Shown here in pieces: positions 58,715 through 64,000 of a stretch of 64,000 nt of DNA (positions within the stretch are counted from its first letter, which is position 1; every line of letters begins with the position of its first letter). This stretch comes from an uncultured delta proteobacterium (lineage in GTDB: Bacteria > Bdellovibrionota > FAC87 > UBA2466): assembly GCA_963778115.1 (NCBI GenBank), contig CAVZSV010000004.1:896001-960000 (forward strand). Direction: 5' to 3'. The position numbers and the translations under genes were made by a program. Under the pieces are notes generated by a model. It was not told the origin of the DNA and ran no database searches. It saw nothing but the letters and a program-made list of their open reading frames with translations.

Positions 58715-60577
58715 CTAACTGGCAAGACGAGTTATTAGTCGATTGGCTTTCCAATGGCACAAAGTCATCTTCCCTGGGACGCCTCTTAGTGTCGTCGTTC
58801 GCTCTTCGTACGATCCCGACTGTATTAAATCCTTTACCGTCGAATCGCGTAGGATCTCTTTTGAAAAGACAATGTCTGCGCCCCTGCTTTCGTGTTGAAT
58901 GCGAGCCGCTAAATTTACGGTACGGCCAAAGTAGTCTAACCGCCCATTTGCCGTCATTGCGATGGCGGGCCCGACGTGTAGGCCCATTTTAAGCACAACA
59001 GGAAACTCCAGGTTAAGCCGGCTGGAAAACGTATCTATGGAGGACTGAATCGCCATAGCTGCTCTTAAGGCATGAGCCGCCGACGGAAACGCCGCCATCA
59101 CCGCATCTCCTGCGGTCTTAATGGTAGTGCCTTCGTGCCGAGTGATATGAGAGTTCAAGAAATCGAAATGGCGTCGCACCATTCCGAAAGCGGGAGCATC
59201 CCCTATCTGCTCGTACATCACCGTCGACCCCTTAAGATCGGTAAAGAGGATGGCGACAGTGCGTACCCCAACTTCAATGCCCTCACCCAAGACTTCCGAA
59301 CCAAAAAGGTCTCTAAACTCCCAAAATCGGGTGGCTTCGGCAGCACTCAGTATGAAAGGATCGATCCCTACTTTTTCCAAAGCAACTACGATGGGCTCTT
59401 TTCCTCGGTTATGAATCTTTAACTCCATCTCGCCCGGCCGATACAGAACGGCTTGAGGTTTCCAGCCTGCTTCCTTCTCGTCGTTATAATGAAGAGAAGC
59501 AGAGGTTTGAGCGCGTGCCACCGCCTCTTCGTCCCCGCAAACCAGCCGACAATAACGGTTGTATTTGAGCACTCGAAGTCTCAACTCTATCGCCGGGAGG
59601 GCAACGTTGATAACCGTTACCTGTCCGGGTTGTATGGCAGCTTGCGCTAAAATGTGAGGCATCCTCATGGGGCTACCGATGCAATAAACCGTGTCTACCG
59701 CCTTTCGGATTTGGGGGGAAACGGAAAAACGCAATTCGGTGTTGGTATCCAGTTCAGAGCCATAGTCGACGCCGCAAAAGTCGCAATGGAAAGTTCGATC
59801 CAGTTTACTTAATTGGCTCACCTGATTCTTTGGCACCCGGCAATTGGGACAGATAAGTACCCATTGCAATTGTAAAATGGCGTTTCGAGCTGCCCAGAAA
59901 AAGAGCTTTAGGACCTCTTTGCGATCTTGCTGCCAACGGTGGGCCAACGCATAAGGTCTGATAAGAAGAACTTCTTCGTCGGTGCCTTCGGTTAACAGTT
60001 GTTTGAATAGGCCCCACAGGGTTTCGCTCACCGGTGCAGGCTCGCTTGCAGATAATAAAGTCGTTTGTAATTGGCTTTCGGCATTCAGATCCACGAAATT
60101 TCGGGGAGTCGGATCGAGAGCACAGGTCTGGACGTTGCTATCGAAAGTCTCGGCAATCCGAATCATTTTTTTCAGGCCCACCCCGACAAGCGCACTTAAA
60201 ATAGGTTTCGACCAATAATAACGAGGCGTGATTTCCGCAAACAGGGTAAATTCGCTTCCGCCGCCCCGAGGATGGCAAAGAACTCCTACCACTACGGTGA
60301 GAAAGGGGCCATTCTCAAAATCTCGCCTAACACTGTAGGATCTCCCTTTTACCCACTCAAAAGGATGCTCCCGCCACGTCACTCGAATTGGCCCTTTGGT
60401 GATACTCACTCTTTGGAGGAGTTGACCTTTCGTATCGGGGTTCGCAACGACACCGGGGAGATCGACGATTCGATTCAAATGATCGGTATCCGCCATGACC
60501 TCCCACACTTTGTCAGGGGGGCTATTGAGATGTACTTTTGACTCAATGCGAAATGAACGTCGGAATTTCACAGTCAC
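58715..60577 (-). CDS. Class III adenylate cyclase with SRPBCC and DUF5939-like domains
   Basis: N-terminal SRPBCC (VWEVMADTD..N, WREHPFEW); CPNC/CDFC pair; FTDLKGST, IKTAGDAVMA, DYFGRTVNLAARI. Confidence 0.9.
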   Translation of the reverse strand: MTVKFRRSFRIESKVHLNSPPDKVWEVMADTDHLNRIVDLPGVVANPDTKGQLLQRVSITKGPIRVTWREHPFEWVKGRSYSVRRDFENGPFLTVVVGVLCHPRGGGSEFTLFAEITPRYYWSKPILSALVGVGLKKMIRIAETFDSNVQTCALDPTPRNFVDLNAESQLQTTLLSASEPAPVSETLWGLFKQLLTEGTDEEVLLIRPYALAHRWQQDRKEVLKLFFWAARNAILQLQWVLICPNCRVPKNQVSQLSKLDRTFHCDFCGVDYGSELDTNTELRFSVSPQIRKAVDTVYCIGSPMRMPHILAQAAIQPGQVTVINVALPAIELRLRVLKYNRYCRLVCGDEEAVARAQTSASLHYNDEKEAGWKPQAVLYRPGEMELKIHNRGKEPIVVALEKVGIDPFILSAAEATRFWEFRDLFGSEVLGEGIEVGVRTVAILFTDLKGSTVMYEQIGDAPAFGMVRRHFDFLNSHITRHEGTTIKTAGDAVMAAFPSAAHALRAAMAIQSSIDTFSSRLNLEFPVVLKMGLHVGPAIAMTANGRLDYFGRTVNLAARIQHESRGADIVFSKEILRDSTVKDLIQSGSYEERTTTLRGVPGKMTLCHWKANRLITRLAS

Positions 60578-61177
60578 TTATCGGATGTTTGGGGGTGGGA
60601 TGTGATTTTTGGCTTCTCTCATTGCGACTATGGGAAAGGGAGTCAAGGGGTAGACGAGTCCCTTGAGGGTTTTCCCCCTTGATTTCCAGGTCTCCGTTGT
60701 TTCGAGCACGGTCATTGCCAACAGCTTTGATCTGTGGCGGCCTTTTCTTTATTAGCAGGTTCCTAGATGCGACTATTTGGGCTCTCTAGGGCCTAAGCCC
60801 CGGGCCATAATAAATTCGAGGATAAACGAGCGGGGGCTAACCGAGGCAAAAGACTCTCTCGTCGCATCTTGCGATAGCGACGGGGTCATCACAATGATTG
60901 AGCTCTCTCCGCTCCCCTCCAAGACCGGTGTCCGTTCTTCCATTTTGTGGCAAGAAGGATCGTGCTTGAAAGTCTGCTAAGACACAGAAGGTGTGCCAAG
61001 AGAAGCCGGTGCGGGACTGGGGGCATTGAAGCGTTTGGATAGCAGAGGCTCCGCTTGCGGCCCCGAAAACGGGAATGAGGGTCGGGACTTCATTTCGGTT
61101 TTGGTGGGACGCCCGAAGAAGGCTCCTTTCCCCATCGAGACAAAGTACTCGCGTGGATAAGCCAAGATCCTCTAATA

Positions 61178-62995
61178 CTAATACGCCTGAAGATCCGCCT
61201 GTTGGACCATTAGCGGAAGATTAGAGGTTTTAAGGGGCAACGTACCCTTTTGTTCAAAGTCGGTAATTGCCTTAGTTGCCGCTGCTTTTAGTTTGGCGTC
61301 GGAGCCCACCCAACTTCCCACTTGGGAAAGCTCCGCCAAAGCAACGGCCTCATTTCCTTGATCCGCGGCCAGCCGACCCAAGTAGTAATGGGCGAGATCG
61401 GTCTGATGGGTTTGTGAAGCGACTTCTAAGACCTTGCGCAACGCGATTTGGGCGTCATCCGAATGGCCGGATCGAAGCGCGTAGATCGCTTCGACAAAAA
61501 AGTAATGAGGACTTGTGGTGTCTAAAGCGACCGCCTCTTTCATCGCTTGGAACGCGGAGTCGGAATCATTTTGATATTCGTAATCCTCTTTTGCTTCTAA
61601 AAACTTCAGCTCCGCTTGAGCGAGTGCGGGATAGTTTTTGGAAAATTCCGCTCCTGAAAGTTCCAAATCGGGAGAGCTTTCAAAGGTGGTAGCGTCAACA
61701 TTCCCGGGGAGAGGAAAGGAAAAATAGTGGTGGTAAGGAGCCGGCGCTTCTCCGGAAGCCACGTACACCAGACCGGCCTTTGGATCGACGACCACACTTC
61801 CAACCGTCGTGTGCACCGATACCGTATTTCCCAATCCGTGAACTTGGTTCGAAAAGACATCCACTTGATCACCCAAAAATGTCGCGGCCACATTGGGAGT
61901 GATCTTACCCTTATTTTGTTCGATCAATTGATCGAGCCGCTGATAACGGCCAGCGGCGTCGTCAACCACCGATCGGTTAATGTAAAGCTCAAGCCCCGCC
62001 ATCTCTGGCATCAGATAATCGTTGGTTTGGATATGCTTGCCTACTGCAAGGCCAGATTCTCGAACCGCCATGTGCTGATTGGAAAGCTCGAGTGTTGCCA
62101 CCCGTCCTTCCTTAAAGCTTGCTAAATCGTAGGCCCATCCTGAGGGAGGCAACGAACCCTTAAAAATGGCCACCGCTTCATCGAAGGTGCGCGCATTTTT
62201 CATTACGTTGACCGCCGTCATGAACGGCGGAATCCCGTTTGCCGAAGCCTCGGTGGTGGGGACCGTGTGACAAGCGATGTAGATTCCACTTTCGTTGATG
62301 GAAGTGAGGCCCGCAATATGAAGACCTGCCGAACTAATAACCAAATACTTTTGTCCATCGTTCGGAGTCGCATAGATCAAGGTCGGATACTTGTCGAAGC
62401 CGCCAGTTACGGGAAAATCCAAATTCCTTCCAATGAGCAATCTCCCATCGGAGGTGTAGTCGCCCCAAGCAGCAAACGAAGAACAGTTGCTACCCAAGGA
62501 GCTTGCAGCCGCCTGAAAGCTTCCCAGTTTCATGGCCACTTTAGCAACCACCATTAAAACGTCTGGAGCAACAGCGGCGTCCCGCAACTCTTCTTCGGAA
62601 ACGCCTGAACTCTCGCTCATCCCTCGCATCGAATCTGAGTACAGTTCGGACAGATCGGGATAATTAGTTTCCACGTATTTGGCGATACGATCACTGATGA
62701 ATAGTCGGATCGATTTGGTGAGTAGGTTGGCTAAAATGGGATTATCAGGCAATTCATTATGAGCTTCATTCGAAATTAATTTTGAAGAGATTGAAATAGC
62801 GCCGTTAGGAATTTCATCATGCAAGAGAGTTCCGTGCTGAAAGGCCATGTCATAAGACGAGCCTTGAACGAACAGCGCATGAATGCCGTGTCTGTCGAAT
62901 TTGACCCCGTCGCTGGGCACGCCTTGAGACGGCAGCGACAAGCTGGTCATAGCCAAGAGACATAAAACTTTGGAATGGGGTTTTACGATTGCCAA
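61178..62995 (-). CDS. C45 family Ntn-hydrolase (acyl-CoA:6-APA acyltransferase-like) with C-terminal TPR-like repeats
   Basis: GSSYDMAFQHG, N-CSSFAAWG nucleophile site, GRNLDF, INESGI, QTNDY; AHYYLG TPR-like. Confidence 0.85.
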   Translation of the reverse strand: MAIVKPHSKVLCLLAMTSLSLPSQGVPSDGVKFDRHGIHALFVQGSSYDMAFQHGTLLHDEIPNGAISISSKLISNEAHNELPDNPILANLLTKSIRLFISDRIAKYVETNYPDLSELYSDSMRGMSESSGVSEEELRDAAVAPDVLMVVAKVAMKLGSFQAAASSLGSNCSSFAAWGDYTSDGRLLIGRNLDFPVTGGFDKYPTLIYATPNDGQKYLVISSAGLHIAGLTSINESGIYIACHTVPTTEASANGIPPFMTAVNVMKNARTFDEAVAIFKGSLPPSGWAYDLASFKEGRVATLELSNQHMAVRESGLAVGKHIQTNDYLMPEMAGLELYINRSVVDDAAGRYQRLDQLIEQNKGKITPNVAATFLGDQVDVFSNQVHGLGNTVSVHTTVGSVVVDPKAGLVYVASGEAPAPYHHYFSFPLPGNVDATTFESSPDLELSGAEFSKNYPALAQAELKFLEAKEDYEYQNDSDSAFQAMKEAVALDTTSPHYFFVEAIYALRSGHSDDAQIALRKVLEVASQTHQTDLAHYYLGRLAADQGNEAVALAELSQVGSWVGSDAKLKAAATKAITDFEQKGTLPLKTSNLPLMVQQADLQAY

Positions 62996-64000
62996 GGACC
63001 GCCCAAGACTTCTGACGTTGGCGCCTCTAGATTCATTTTTCGTTCGTAGAATTTTTCACCTTCCTGTCGGGAATGTTTGAGGAGCTCCGAAAAGAAGCTC
63101 TCCTTTACCGTGCGCATGATGTGTCCGAAAGAGTAGCGCATGGGGTAGATTTTCGTTCCGATCAAATAGGCCTTAGCCATGAAGTACATGGCAAAATAGA
63201 GCTTGGTCCACCGTTTTTGAATCAGATATTTCATCGTGACGTTACGCCACGACGGAAACACCAGAAGGACTAGCCCTAACAGAGAGAGGTTTACCTGCTC
63301 TAGTTTTTCTTGCTCGGTGAAACAGCTAAAAGGTGATTCCGTCTGATAGTTCTGGTGGAGTTTTTCAAAGTCACCGTCAAAAGCCCCGACGTCTATAACA
63401 TATTGAGTCACCGGGGTTCCCGGATACGGGTGAAGTTCCGGAAACTCTCCAAAGACGACTTTGTTTTCTACGTTGATATCGATCGAATCGATGTCGTAAT
63501 CGATGGCACGATACCTTAATCCGAAGCCTTCCAATTTCTGAAGTAGATCTTTTCGTTGATCGACAGGCATTGTCGGCATCGAACTGAGAGGAACATCCAT
63601 GGCAAAATCTTGCCGTAACGTCCCCAAGTTTACTTTGAAATAGGAGTGTAAATGCTCGACAAGATGCCTCGCTTTTAATTCGAAAGCTTCATCATCGGCT
63701 TTGGGCAAAATAGGAGCGGGAATCGCCAAAATAGTATTTGAAAAAGTTGCGATTTTATTTTTTTGGCAAATCTCGAAGGCAAACCGAATATCCTCTTCGC
63801 TCATCCCGCGTTTGAGAATGTGCTCTCGAATAAAGGGATTGCCCGCTTCAATCGACATGCTCATCGATTTGATGCCCGCTTTCTTCAGATATTCGATCAT
63901 CTTAGGATCACGACGAACTAAATCGGCGCGTGTCAGGCAGTGAAAAGGCAGCCCTATCACTCTGGGATATTTGTCCGCAAAATCCTGAAGCCATTCATCA
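62983..64000 (-). CDS. Radical SAM protein, B12-binding type (C-terminal part; runs off window end)
   Basis: Frame open to 64000 (DEWLQDFADKYPRVIGLPF); TRADLV, AGIKSMSMSIEAGN..IR..LKRG, PYPGTP. The CxxxCxxC motif is not within the window. Confidence 0.75.
   Translation of the reverse strand, partial: DEWLQDFADKYPRVIGLPFHCLTRADLVRRDPKMIEYLKKAGIKSMSMSIEAGNPFIREHILKRGMSEEDIRFAFEICQKNKIATFSNTILAIPAPILPKADDEAFELKARHLVEHLHSYFKVNLGTLRQDFAMDVPLSSMPTMPVDQRKDLLQKLEGFGLRYRAIDYDIDSIDINVENKVVFGEFPELHPYPGTPVTQYVIDVGAFDGDFEKLHQNYQTESPFSCFTEQEKLEQVNLSLLGLVLLVFPSWRNVTMKYLIQKRWTKLYFAMYFMAKAYLIGTKIYPMRYSFGHIMRTVKESFFSELLKHSRQEGEKFYERKMNLEAPTSEVLGGPWQS

Noticed and set aside
60773..60943. RiPP precursor for the nearby radical SAM and peptidases
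   Set aside because: No recognisable leader or core pattern, no SD and no transporter; the radical SAM gene is only partly visible.

Overview
A bacterial chromosomal window of about 50% GC. Many secreted orphan proteins, hydrolases, sigma54 promoters and an Slt lipoprotein suggest a Bdellovibrionota/delta-proteobacterial-type organism (inference only). I found no rRNA, tRNA, CRISPR array, transposase or integrase. Contents in order: a partial DUF547 gene and a 51-aa lipoprotein, both missed by the ORF track; a 2601-aa secreted adhesin-like protein with seven FN3 + DUF1554/endostatin-like modules (including a near-perfect 792-bp tandem duplication) and a C-terminal NHL propeller; and a ~25-kb surface-glycan region. 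That region holds rfbB-rfbA, an MBOAT + SGNH pair, an operon of GT-C, GT2, AsnB-like amidotransferase, uronate epimerase and GT-C, galE, and four more GT-C genes. It is interrupted by orphan secreted proteins and a two-gene unit of PLP histidine decarboxylase + insect-AANAT-like GNAT. The rest encodes SPW/BON proteins, peptidases (Pip, C1A, trypsin-like, M3, C45), a TonB-dependent receptor, EVE, a Cys/Met PLP enzyme, Slt, a fused spermidine synthase, an SRPBCC-DUF5939 adenylate cyclase and a partial radical SAM gene. Best novelty leads: (1) five unrelated signal-peptide proteins share a near-C-terminal R-x(3-5)-C-x-x-[ESQ]-[VI] motif, a candidate sorting signal, and the carriers include an exported HpcH-like aldolase and a possible SelO-like enzyme; (2) a candidate N-acyl-histamine (or N-acylethanolamine) biosynthetic pair; (3) a lipid-carrier uronate/uronamide transfer system with six GT-C enzymes; (4) the actively expanding modular adhesin. 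Family calls come from motif recognition by eye, not from database searches.
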